Assembly: GCF_006345805.1 (NCBI RefSeq)
Contig: NC_043003.1
Coordinates: forward strand, 27,900,001-27,964,000
Source: Octopus sinensis
Lineage: Eukaryota
Direction: 5' to 3'
Length of the DNA: 64,000 nucleotides
Part shown: in pieces, positions 13,036 to 25,346 of the stretch
Position numbering within the stretch: the stretch's first letter is position 1
Layout of the letters: each line of letters opens with the position of its first letter
Program-made: the position numbers and the translations under genes
The notes under the pieces: model-generated
Database searches by the model: none
What the model was told of the DNA's origin: nothing
Seen by the model: only the letters and a program-made list of their open reading frames with translations

Positions 13036-13341
13036 TCTTTATATATAAAACTGAAGTCTTGTGTGTGAGAGTCTGTCTCCTCCGATTTAGATTCCTAACT
13101 ACTCCCACATTTTGCGGTTCAGTTTAACCAACAGCGGGTATCTTATAGTTGTCATTCATATCGAGCCCTCCTGGGTATTAGCGCGCGTATACGATGAGTC
13201 TACGATTTAAAAAAAAACTTACCATCATTTTTCCGCATTTTAATGATTTTTGCTCGGGTTATATAAGGGAAGTAACTCTCTAAAAATGCTTGTATAGTTA
13301 TTTCCCTTACATACCTGAGCAACGCTGGGCGATACTACTAG
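13036..13341 (+). mobile_element. Helitron-like non-autonomous element 2, head-to-tail with element 1
   Basis: 5' TCTTTATATATAAAACTGAAG, 3' gagcaacgctgggcgatactaCTAG followed by T. Confidence 0.7.
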
Positions 13342-13718
13342 TATAAAATAAAACTAAAAGAAAAAAGTATATCGATTCATACCAGTACAAATACAAATAA
13401 AATCTGAATATCTGAAAGAACAGAAAAATATAATTTCAGAGAAAGCCAATGAGGTCCGGATGGACCATATTTTATGCTATAACATCCATATATACAAGAA
13501 ATTTTTAACTCAAAATTTGTACATGCATACATAAACTATAGACAATAAAAGTCGTGAGATATAAAATCATTTAAATAAAAAATGTATAAGTTGCATAACA
13601 TTTAAAGTTTGCTGTGGGGTCCCAAGGGATCTCGCCGGCCCATGAAGGGTTAGAAAAGGGTTTCATCTAGGGCATGACAACATCTGTAGTATTTAAGTCA
13701 TGGTAGAACACATAGTAA

Positions 13719-14134
13719 GGCGGCGAGCTGGCAGAAACACTAGCACGCCAGGCGAAATGCTTAGTGGTATTTCGCCTGCCGCTACGTTCTGAGTTCAAAT
13801 TCTGCCAAGGTCAACTTTGCCTTTGATTCTTTCAGGGTCGATTAAATAAGTACTATTTACACACTGGGGTTGATGTAATCGACTTAATCTGTTTGTCTGT
13901 CCTTGCTTGTCCCCTCTGTGTTTAGCCCCTTGTAGGTAGTAAAGAAATAGGTATTTCGTCTGCTGCTACGTTCTGAGTTCAAATTCCGCCGAGGTCAACT
14001 TTGCCTTTCATCCTTTCGGGATCGATAAATTAAGTACCAATTATGCACTGGGGTCGATCTAATCGACTTAATCCGTTTGTCTGTGCTTGTTTGTCCTCTC
14101 TATGTTTAGCCCTTGTGGGCAATAAAGAAATAAG
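13719..14134 (+). mobile_element. SINE family A head-to-tail dimer
   Basis: Full monomer followed by a 5'-truncated monomer, joined at aaagaaatag|gtatttcgtc (13950/13951). Confidence 0.8.
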
Positions 14135-14975
14135 AACACAGAGTGCTATAGCAGAAGACACATGCCCAGCTGGGATTAAACCTAGAACCTTGCCATTGGG
14201 AGGCACACTTCTTAAACACATAGCCATGCCTGCACTATAAAGTGGTTGATAAGGGAATGAAAGCAGAGTATGAGTTAAAAATCCCTTGGTTTTGTCTCAT
14301 CGAAGGCCTGACAACGTGTGTAGTATTTATGTCATGGTAAAACATTCTGGTAGGTGGTAGGTGTTAAAACCAACATCTGACCATAGAAACCATGCCAAAA
14401 TTTAAATGTACAAGCGAGTGAGACATAAGCCTCCGACCTCTCTGAAGGACAGTAGCTATGAATAATAACTGACTCAGACCGTCCAACCTGTGCCAGCATT
14501 GAAAGTAGATACGTGGTGGTGGTGGTGGAAGTGAGAGTGGCAGTGACAGTAATGGTGATGGTGGTAGTAGAGGCTGTGGTAGTGGCAATGGTAGCAGCAG
14601 CTGTGGGGGTGGTGGTGTTGGCAATGGCAGTAGTGTTGGTGGTAATGGTGGTGGCAGTGATGGTGGTAGTGTGTTGGCTTTGGTGTTTGTGTGTGTGTGT
14701 GTGTGGAAGGGGCTCGATGGGTGCATGTGTGTTTGTCTTCATGTGGGTGCATGTGCTATCTGTAATAAAATTGAGACACATTAGACTTTGTAGATTTTTT
14801 GTTTCCTTTATATCTTGTGAGAGAGAAAAAAAATCCATCTTTAAATTCACCTTAAGAGTCATTTGGTTGTCAGTAGTATTTTGTGTGAGTGAGTGATTAT
14901 TGAGTAAATTATCAGAAAAGAGGGGGAAAAAAATAGAATCATTCAAAGTCGTGTGCCAAAAGTTGCTAATAAGAA

Positions 14976-15198
14976 TTAATTATAAAATGTTTTTTGATTG
15001 GCCAATATAAAAAAAATTTCCTTGGCAACCAGATTTATAAAACTAATGAAATAAAGATTTATAAAGAAAGGAACAAATTGGGTGTCTTCATGTGATTGGC
15101 TGTCAGTTCTTGTACAAGAAAACCATTTGCTATCTGGGTACAGTTGCATGTCATATGAATTGAGCAGTGTAGGCTTGATGTTGGTATGGAAGAGTTCA
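14976..15198 (-). CDS. Hypothetical antisense terminal exon D: (T)ELFHTNIKPTLLNSYDMQLYPDSKWFSC...KTFYN-stop
   Basis: Acceptor atctatattttccag; phase 2 start matches exon C; 73 codons to TAA at 14978-14976. No nearby AATAAA seen. Confidence 0.28.
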
Positions 15199-15231
15199 CT
15201 GGAAAATATAGATGATCAAGACAGTGGTGGC

Positions 15232-15267
<36 letters not shown>

Positions 15268-15489
15268 TACCTCCACCTTAGTGATGGTGAAGATATTGTT
15301 TTATTGATATTGGTCCTGTTTGTTTATTTGTTTGACCGTGGACAAGATATCTCAAGAACCACTTGATGGATTCAGATGAAACTTTCAGGGATGTTTAGCC
15401 TCCCGACTGGCATGAACTGCTTAGATTTTGGGATTGATCTGGTACAAGACAAGGATTCTGGATTATTTGTTATATTTACTTTACCTCCT

Positions 15490-15930
15490 GGTCTCACCGG
15501 CAGGACAAGTGAGACCATAACCCGGGATGTGCCCTACTTTTGAAGACCTGTTGAGGCAAGTGAGAATCAAAATCGATCAACATCAATGGAAATTGCAGCT
15601 GTGATACCAGTGCCGGTGGCACGTAAGAGAACCATCCGAACGTGGCCGTTGCCAGCCCCGCCTGGCCCCCGTGCCGGTGGCACGTAAAAAGCACCATCCT
15701 ATTGTGGCCGTTTGCCAGCCTCGTCTGGCACCTGTGCGGGTGGCACGTAAAAAGCACCCACTACACTCACGGAGTGGTTGGCGTTAGGAAGGGCATCCAG
15801 CCGTAGAAACATTGCCAGATCAGACTGGGCCTGGTGCAGCCTTCTGGCTTCCCAGACCCCAGTTGCACCGTCCAACCCATGCTAGCATGGAAAGCGAACG
15901 CTAAACGATGATGATGATGATGATGATGAT
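15490..15930 (+). mobile_element. RTE-clade LINE 3' end / derived non-autonomous element with (GAT)n tail (very abundant family)
   Basis: Same sequence as the minus copy 39865-40480, where it follows RTE-type C-terminal codons. Internal ggtggcacgtaaaaagcacc repeats; (GAT)n tail. Confidence 0.75.
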
Positions 15931-16292
15931 TTACATGAAGTATTACAATCTCTGATTATTTCTCTTGAGAGCACACTCATGGTTTCCTCATAAATTTTGG
16001 CAGTGTTGCTGCTTCCAAACTTCTCATTTCTCTATTATTAATTTTACTCATGTCTCTATCTTAGTAGAAACTGATGGATAAAGAAATCAAACTACATAAA
16101 CAAACAGCAACAAAACCATTCAGAAATTAACTAACACTAACATTTTCAGTGACAATAATAAATTTAATTTATCTTTGACAATTTTTAGCTTTACCAATTT
16201 TTAATATATTGCTCCTGTTTAAAAACCTCTTACCTACTTGACAATTGCATTTCTAACTCTGCCTTGAAGGATGCTTTGCTTCTTGGACTCAC

Positions 16293-16427
16293 GTTTTTGT
16301 GTGCAACGATGTTGTTAAACCCCCATTAACAGCACCGCATGCAGGTCCTTTCTGTTTTCTTTCATGCACGGATAAATTTTTCACTAGAGACCTTAATGAT
16401 TGTGAAGACACTATATCAGTGGATAGA
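16293..16427 (-). CDS. Hypothetical antisense exon C: (S)LSTDIVSSQSLRSLVKNLSVHERKQKGPACGAVNGGLTTSLHTK
   Basis: Acceptor ttttctctatgaaggccttttttag, consensus donor GTGAGT; 135 bp, phase 2 to 2. Confidence 0.33.
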
Positions 16428-16924
16428 CTAAAAAAGGCCTTCATAGAGAAAACTGTCTCTGTTCCCACTGCAGACAACACACTCTGAGCATTACAAACAG
16501 CCCACATACCCACCTGGACAAGGATTCTGGATTATTTTTCCATTTTTTTTTTACTTAATTTATGAGAGTGGTCAGGTTCATTTTTTGTGCTCTCGTTTGT
16601 GAGAGCTGTCGAGTTTATTTCAGATATTCTCATTTGAAAAATCATCTCCAGCTAATTGTTGAGAGGATGTTGGTGTTGCCTTGGCAGAGGTTTGCACTCC
16701 CTGAGTGCTTTTGTTATAATTATTATTATTATCATTATTGGCAGAATCTTTAGCATGCCGGGTGAAATGCTTAGCAGTATTGTGTCTGCTGCTTCGTTCT
16801 GGGTTCAAATTCCGCTGAGGTTGACTTTACTTTTCATCCTTTCGGGGGTCAATAAACACTGGGGTCGATGTAATCGACTATCCCCCTCCCCCCAATTTCA
16901 GGCTTTGTGCCTATAATAGAAAGG

Positions 16925-17206
16925 ATTTCTGGTTGAAATACACTGAAAAATGGCGACAGCAGTCAAAAAATCGTAAAAAATAAGGATTTTCATAGAAAAA
17001 AATGCCCCTTTTTGATGTAAATAAATTTTGGTCTTAACATGGTCTGATTTTAATTTTATCTTCTACGGAAGGAAGAGAAAGCCTTCTTCTATCATACTCT
17101 CAATTTTGGTCAACTTGCACTGCAGGGTCTTAGAGGAGATAGTGTTAGTTGAAGGCTACCAAACCTGCCACATACACACAGACAACTTCAGCTTTATATG
17201 TATAGA
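16925..17206 (-). mobile_element. Helitron-like element 5' portion
   Basis: tctatacatataaagctgaagttgtctgtg...gaagaaggc matches 12784-12908. Confidence 0.6.
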
Positions 17207-17590
17207 TTTGCTTTCCATGCTGGCATGGGTTGGATGGTTTGACAGGAGCTGGCAAGTCAGAGGGTTGCACCAAGCTCTACTGTCTGCTGTGGCATGGTGT
17301 CTACAGCTAGATGATGCCCTTTCTTAATGCCAACTACTTAACACAGTGTAATGGGTGCTTTTATTAAATGAGGCTCCAGCACTGGTGAGGTTGCCAACTA
17401 TCTTGCAAGATGAGGCCCCTCAGTTGAGTGGGGAATAGTATTTAAGAAGGTGGCTTTGTGCCAAATGGTGAGAGGTTAAAGTATGATGGAGGGACGGAGA
17501 CAGATATAATTGACGAAATTCATGAAATATTATGATGGCTGACCCTTGGATAAATAAATAGCAACAGGTGATATGTGTCTGTTTGCTCAC

Positions 17591-17666
17591 CTCCTACACA
17601 GAATGTCACAAAGTTTGCTATTTATCAAAACTACCTGTTTGCTGTCTTCATAACTGCTTATTGAAT
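17591..17666 (-). CDS. Hypothetical antisense exon B: (D)SISSYEDSKQVVLINSKLCDILCR
   Basis: Unique island next to a (TG)n tract. Acceptor gtgcacag, donor GTGAGC; only one frame open; phase 1 to 2, matching exons A and C. Confidence 0.3.
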
Positions 17667-18203
17667 CTGTGCACTTGTGTGTGTGTGTGTGTGTGTGTGT
17701 GTTTGTGTCTTCCTGCATGTGTGTGTGTGTGTGTGTGTGTGTACTTGTATCTTCCTGCATTGTGTGTGTGTGTGTGTGTGTATTTGTGTCTTCCTGCATG
17801 TGTGTGTGTGTTCATGTGTCTGTGCTTGTCTATGTTGCTTGTGCCTGCCTGCCTTCCTGCATTTATGTGTGTGTATGTATTTTCCGTCTACCTGCAAACA
17901 TGTATGTGTGTGTGTGTGTGTAGTTTTGTGCCGAGTGTGTGTGTTTTTTTCTGCCTGTATTTGTGTATGTGCAGGTGAGTGTGTGTGCATACACACATTT
18001 GTGCCTTTCTGTGTGTTTGTCTGCATGTGTTTATGTCTGTATGTGTTTATGTCTGCATGTGTAAATGTTTGTGTGTTATTCTCTGTGTGTGTGTGTGTTT
18101 GTCCTGTCTGTCTGTGCATCTACATAGTCAGATGTCAAAGCTGTAGTTTGAGTATTCCTTTCATGATTTCCATAAAAGAACCATTTAAGTTGGTTCTAGC
18201 TTC

Positions 18204-18234
<31 letters not shown>

Positions 18235-18671
18235 TGCGTGCACATGCACTCAAACACATGTACACACAGACACATACACATGCATACACATATAAACAGA
18301 TACTTAGATACACACATACACAAATATACTTACACTGACTTGTGCATACATATATACATACAAGCACAGAAATGCACACATATATGCACATACATGCACT
18401 TGTGTACATATATGCTCACATATACACAGACAGACATTATTACATACAGACATGCATACATGTACACATGAAGTCACAAGCACGCATGTGCATGCATATA
18501 TATAAATTTGGATGTGTGTGTATATGCAGATACACATAAGCACACTTGTTCATACATATGCATAAATAGACCTGTGAATACACACACACATGTACATATA
18601 GACACACTATCACAGACTAGAAGTAATGCTACCTGGTGGTATTATATGCTCGTTAAAACACCTGTTGTTAC

Positions 18672-18754
18672 CTGCAGCTTGGTTAACGAGATTGTGAAAG
18701 AGTTGCACTGAATGATGACATGTTGAATAGTTTCTATTGATTGGCTTCTCACCT
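18672..18754 (-). CDS. Hypothetical antisense exon A: GEKPINRNYSTCHHSVQLFHNLVNQAA
   Basis: Unique-sequence island between (TG)n tracts. Weak (CA)n-cacag acceptor, donor GTAACA; open in one frame, phase 2 to 1. No recognised homology. Confidence 0.25.
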
Positions 18755-19836
18755 CTGTGTGTGTGCGTGCATGCGTGTGTGTGTGTGTGTGTGTGATCTA
18801 AATAATTCTGTATGTGATATGTATTTATGTAGATAATTGTATGTATGTTTGGGTAGCTGCCAGTGTGTGTGTGTGTGAGGGGGAGGGATGTAGATAACTC
18901 TGTGTGTATGTGTGTGTATGTTTGTGTGAGTGTATGTGTGTATATATATATGTATGTGTGTATTTATATGTATGTGTGTGAGTGTGTAGATAGGTGTGTG
19001 CACATGACAAGTATGTGTGTATATATGTGTATACGTGTGTGTGCGTGACATGTAGATGCCCACGTGAGTGTGTGTGTGTCATCATCATCATCATCATCGT
19101 TTAGCGTCCGTTTTCCATGCTAGCATGGGTTGGACGGTTCTACTGGGGTCTGTGAAGCCAGAAGGCTTCATCAGGTCCAGTCAAATCTGGCAGTGTTTCT
19201 ACGGCTGGATGCCCTTCCTAACGCCAACCACTCCGTGAGTGTAGTGGGTGCTTTTTACGTGTGTGTGTATGTATATGTGTGTGTAGATGACTGTATGTCT
19301 GAGTGGTACCTTGTATGGGCAGGTAACTGTGTGTGGTATAAATAAATCTGTGTGTGTATATCTATCTATTTATCTATCTATCTATTTATGCATATATATA
19401 TATATATATATATGGATAGATACCTTTGTGTGTATGTGTGTGCTTGTAGATATGTATGTATGAGTAGGCAGTTGTGTATCTGTGTGTGTGATGTGAGTAA
19501 ATACCTGTGTATGCGTGGGAGGGGTAGATAACTGTGTTTAAGAGGGTGAGTGTATATCTATCTGTGTATATGTGTAGTGTGAGAGTAAGGTTTGATAACT
19601 GTACATATGTGTGGGTAGTTACTTGTGTGGTAGGCTAGTAGACAATTCTACAAGAGTGTGTGTAAGATCATCATCATCATTTAATGTTCGTCTTAACAGT
19701 TTGACTCAGCTGTGTGACCCTATGAAACTTAAAGTTTCTTAGAGCTGAGTCCAACTGTTATTAAATAATATACCAACTCCTACCAAGTGTGTTGAGTTCC
19801 GCTTTGTTTTGTTTGTTCACTCATATATGTGTGTCT

Positions 19837-19916
<80 letters not shown>

Positions 19917-19919
<3 letters not shown>

Positions 19920-20090
19920 TGCAGGAGTGGGTGTGTGGTAAGTAGCTTGCTTACCAACCACATGGTTTCGAGTTCATTCCCACTGTGTGGCACCTTGGGC
20001 AAGTGTCTCCTACTATAGCCTCAGACCGACCAAAGCCTTGTGAGTGGATTTGGTAGATGGAAACTGAAAGAAGCCCATTGTATATATGCA

Positions 20091-20135
<45 letters not shown>

Positions 20136-20335
20136 GTGTATATGTTTGTGTGTCTGTGTTTTTCCCCTCCACATCACTTGACAACCGATGGTCATGTGTT
20201 TACGTCCATGTCACTTAGCAGTTCGGCAAAAGAGACCGAAAGAATAAGTCCTGGGGTCAATTTGCTCGACTAAAGGCAGTGCTCCAGCATGGCTGCAATC
20301 AAATGACTGAAACAAGTAAAAGAGAATAAAAGAGA
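19917..20335 (+). mobile_element. Full-length tRNA-derived SINE family B
   Basis: A box tgtgtggtaag, B box gagttcattcc, central (TA)n/(TG)n, 3' gaaacaagtaaaagag. Confidence 0.8.
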
Positions 20336-20341
20336 ATATAC

Positions 20342-20747
20342 CAGGCATGTGCCATCAGTAATTACTCAGGGTAGGCAGTTGGTGATCTTAATGTAGTAAA
20401 ACAAAAAAAATAAGTGAAACACTGATGCGCGAGTGAGTTGTAGGCAGATCTATTTCTGCCTTTATAGCATGTAAAGAAAACATTGTTGTAGGAATGTGAT
20501 CAGCACATGTACTACGACAGTACTATGCGTAGCTTAAATACTGTGATTCAAAAGCAGGGGCAAATTATGCCTACCTAATCTACTAAAAAAAATAAATCAT
20601 TTTGCATTTTATGCACAGTAATCACATAACCTTCATAATTTTATTGAATTAAGAACATATATTGCCATAAGAGGAAAATGTTGCTATCGATCTATTTTAT
20701 TCAAGGTAGGCACTGCCTACCTTGACTACGTTGGTGGCACATCCCTG
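20342..20747. mobile_element. hAT-like MITE
   Basis: Imperfect TIRs caggcatgtgccatca / tggtggcacatccctg with subterminal ggtaggcag motifs; no TSD seen. Confidence 0.45.
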
Positions 20748-20835
20748 ATGAGTCAGGTTCACCAGACCTCAGTCAAATCGTCCAACCCATGCTAGCATGG
20801 AGAGCGGACATTAAACGATGATGATGATGTATATA

Positions 20836-20871
<36 letters not shown>

Positions 20872-21943
20872 AATAATTCTGCTTGTTTTGCGTTACTTAG
20901 CCTGTTGGTAACACTTTCCTGTAATTAGAGAAAAAGAGGGGGAAAGAAAAGAGGGAGAGAGAAGTGTCCATAATGTGAGGTAGAGGGAATGTAATTGTAA
21001 CACTTTCAATTACAAAAGAGAGGAGAGAAAAAGAGGATAAGGTGAAGAGGGAGAGAGAAGTGTCCATGACATGAAGTAGCGTGGACGTAATATTTATTAC
21101 ATGGTTAAAAAAGTTAGTTAAAGGTAGAGAAGGATAGTTAAAAATATAATTTTAGCAGTGTGGTGATGTTCTGATGGTGATGTTAAAGAAAGGCAGAGAG
21201 AGGTGAGAGATGATGGTAGTGGTGATTGGATAGTGAAAAGTGTATTTTTTTGCTAATTGAACTAAGTTTTTTATATCACATATCACTTAACGCATGCGCA
21301 TAACAGCAATTCTGTGAAATATTCATGCATATTTACATAGCAGATATATGCAATTTAACTAAAGATTGTATTATATGTATAGGGTACTTTTTCTATGGGA
21401 AAAATGGAAAAATAAGAGTCATTATTTTTTTATAAGTGCAGTGTATTAATCATCATCATCATCATTATGTGCATAAAGTATATAAAGTGTATATATAAAG
21501 TGCATTAAGTAATCATTGTATTCCAGTTTCTTTCACTTTTCAATGAGTAGCAGATAAGCAACTATCTTTTGGCATGTGAAAAACAACATTCGAGCGAGGT
21601 CGTCGCCGGTGTCACTGGACTGGCTCCTGTGCAGGTGGCACGTAAAAAACACCATTTGAGCATGGCCATTACCAGTACCACCTGACTGGCTCTCGTGCTG
21701 GTGGCATGTAAAATTACCCACTATACTCTTGGAGTGGTTGGCGTTAGGAAGGGCATCCAGCTGTAGAAACTCTGCCAAATCAGATTGGGAGCCTGGTGCA
21801 GCCATCTGGCTTGCCAGTCCTCAGTCAAACCATCCAACCCATGCCAGCATGGAAAGCAGATGTTAAACAATAATCATGAATGATGATGATGATGCAACAC
21901 AGGCTTCACTTTCAGGTTTTTTGGATAAAGTTTTCTACTAGTG

Positions 21944-21982
<39 letters not shown>

Positions 21983-22345
21983 TAGCAGTATATTTTATTT
22001 AATCTGATTTTCGCGGGAAGGAAAGTTTTATTGAAGTCATGTATCGCCTTGACCTTCGACTGAGGCGACTGAAGAAGGGGAATTTTCCTTGTTTTGTATG
22101 TCCTGTACTCTATTTTTTCCTCGTTTAAAAAAAATGTCCATTTCCTTGGTTTTGTGTTTATGTTTTCGTTTCTCATTGTGTTCGACGTTTTTTTGGTGTC
22201 CTGTACCCATATATGCATGTATATATACATGTAGAGGTAGGTACGTACATATATGTATGTATATATGCATATGCTTTATTTATTTATTAAGTTATTATAT
22301 GACGGAACGCACACATCCATTTCTAAGTAAGATTGTTCTTAATAT

Positions 22346-22413
<68 letters not shown>

Positions 22414-23024
22414 CATACATGTATGTACCGTGTAAGATGGTTGCATATAATTTGATTTGAGGGAGATTTGGCTGCTGTATCTAGCTGCTCATGCAACTGC
22501 ATAGGTGCACTAGCAATGGCGGTGGTGGTGGTGGTGGGGGGATCATTCGAGGAATTGCATCAGAATATTTTTTTTTTCTGTCATGCTCATTGTTGTGTTA
22601 ATTAACAATTAGTGATTCTCTATGTGCAGCTGTTGTTGCAGTTTAGCTTAATTAGAATCTTTTGTCTTCATTTATTCACTGCCAAAATATAATTAATGAA
22701 TGACGAATCCATACTTGTGCATATTGTTGGTGTTGTTGTTTAGCCCATGGTCAGTACTGATTGAGCAGACATTCCAACTGTGACGTCTTGTTCTTTTGGG
22801 CAGTTTCATTTTTTACTTGTATCACTCATTGGATTGCAGCCATGCTGGGGCACCACCTTGAAGGATTTTAGTTGAAGAAATTGACCCCTAGTACTTATTT
22901 TCTTTGAGTTTGGTCCATATGCTATCAGTGTCTCTTATCAAACTACTAAGTCATGTAAAGAAACCAACACTGGTTGCTAAGTGGTGGTAGGGGAACAAAC
23001 ACAACTGCAAAGACACACACACAC

Positions 23025-23529
23025 ACACTGCCCCTAATATGATGGGCACTGCCTCTTTGCTCATGGACACTATCCCTGAGGTGATGATTGTTGCCCTCTA
23101 AGGTGATGGTCACTGCCCCTAATATGATGGCACTGCCACTTAGCCCATGGACACTGTCCTTGAAATGATGACCATTGCCTCCAAAGGTGATGGTTACTGC
23201 CTCTAACATGATGATATTTAACCCCTAAGTTATGGATACTTCCTGCAGTGACAGATATGGCCCCTAAAATGATGGGCACTGCACTTAACAATTGATGTTA
23301 AATTTCTTTTCGTTCTCTATTTAAGAGGAAAATCTAAATTATCCGCCCACCAGTTCCCCTTTATTTGTAAATTATGTAATATTTTTTCCTGGTTTTTATG
23401 GAAAGACATTTGGGGTTAAAATATGAATGCTTGGTCAACAGCTGGTCAAACATGGTTACAGTTTTCAATAGAAACCTCCTCTCTTCTTGCTCCTCCACTT
23501 ACCCATATCTTTCTTTTATTATGTATGTA

Positions 23530-23566
<37 letters not shown>

Positions 23567-24520
23567 TTCAGGTCTAATATTATATTTGTTTACACAAAAA
23601 TTATCCTCTCTCCACTGTGTAGTGTGAAGCATAAATTTATTTTGTTTGTCTTTTGTCCAAGCAAACACTACCTTCTGAATAAAATGGATTTTGTATAATT
23701 TACAAGGCATATGTGACCGTCTGAGAGATCATATGACTTGACTATGTTCGAGTTCATAGTGATATATTCAATTGAATCTTCCTCTAGGTTGTCCTCCCAT
23801 GCAACCATAAATAGAATCTATTTGCATTTCAGTCTGTAGAGGTATGAGTCTCTTGCTTAAGGGCACAAGCACACAACAAAATGACAATAGATAAGATCTA
23901 GACCTATAGCCCTGTAGTTCAATCAGTTATCACCTTGACCTTTTAGTTTTCAGATTACTCTGTCAAATGTAATATTTATTTATTCGCAGTGTTTTGAATT
24001 AATCATGCACTATCTTGTAGCTTTGAGATTTTGTGAATGTGATTGTTTATTTTTAGAATGACATTGTAGGGTAGGTATCAGAGGCCAGATCTAGCTGGTT
24101 TGAACATAAAACAAGCTGAATGTTTGGGCCATACATGGCTAGTTAAAATGCTAAAGGGCTAAGGAATGGATACTGCCCCCTAGCTCATGGACACAGTCCT
24201 TAAGGTCTTAAACACTGTCCCTTATGCGATGGGCACCATCTCCTATCACATGGACACTGTCCCTAAAGTAATGAGTATTTTTCCTAAGATTATGGAAACT
24301 GCCCTTTAGTTCATGAATACTATCTCAAAGGTGATGGTCACTGCCTCTAACATGATGGGCACCGCTTCTTAGCTGATAGCCACTACCCCCATGGTAATGC
24401 ACACTACCCCTAAGATGATGCTCACTGCCCCTAAGATGATGCTCATTTCCCCTTATCTCACTGGAGTAATAGATATTGATTGCCCTTGGACATTGCTTCC
24501 AAGGTGATCAACACTGTCCC
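23025..24520. repeat. Degenerate 21-bp minisatellite in two blocks (23025-23288, 24168-24520)
   Basis: Unit ~cactgcccctaagatgatggg; blocks separated by (TA)n, unique-looking sequence and a piggyBac-like MITE. Confidence 0.7.
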
Positions 24521-25346
24521 TTACAAATTGGTGTTGAGTTTTTAAATTTTTTTTTTTAATCATAAGAAACAGTTAAGAATATTTTGTGTATGACATTCAG
24601 TAGATCATCCTTAAATTAAAAAGAAGCAAAAAAAAGTAGCTAGACATTTAAGCATATAATGGAAGTTATTGGCCATTATCAGTCTGTGGGTTCAGGGGAT
24701 TGTGTACACACAGCTGGTGTCACAACATTTATCTAACCTACTGTCACCTTCCACAACCACCTCAACACCTCCACTGACCTTTGCACCACACCACAACGAC
24801 AGGACATCTAGGTTGATGTCAGTTTAAGTGGATCAAAGTAGGTAGTTTTTGCTTGAGACAGGCAGCGGGAAGTGGGGTTGGGTAGGGTGGAGAGGAGAGA
24901 AGAAAGAAGTAGACGTTGTTTTCTTTAATGGAGTTTACTGTTTTTACTTGTTTCAGTGACTGGACTGCGGCCATGCTGGAGCACTGTATACAGGGTTGAG
25001 TCTGTGAAATCATGCTTATTTTTAATTCTAGTATTTGCTGTCGATCCCTCTTTGCCAAAGTTACAGTGGCTTAAACAAACACCACCTGTTATCAAGCAGT
25101 GAGGAAGCAAACACACACACACACACACATGCAAACACACACACATGAGACCAGTAGATGTGGTGATTTGCTGTACTTAATAAGACATGTCAAGCTAAGT
25201 AAAATCATTATCTTCCACACATGTAGGCTTGTCCTTGTGGGTGCTGGCGTCGCTTAAGAAGCACCTGTGCTAGTGCTGCATTAATGCACCCATTCCGGTG
25301 CTGTGTAAATGCCTCCGTACCAATGGCACATGAAAAGCACCCAACA

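Noticed and set aside
16299-16487. Plus-strand 62-aa ORF
   Set aside because: No splice signals or homology; the minus strand has the better splice sites.
18672-18754. Resemblance of GEKPIN..HHSVQLFHNLVN to an armadillo-type CIP2A segment
   Set aside because: Only a few residues recalled from memory; the adjacent exons do not extend the match.
17568-20273. Many CV/HT/YI dipeptide ORFs (also at 33k, 37k, 43k and 62k)
   Set aside because: Translations of (TG)n and (TA)n microsatellites.
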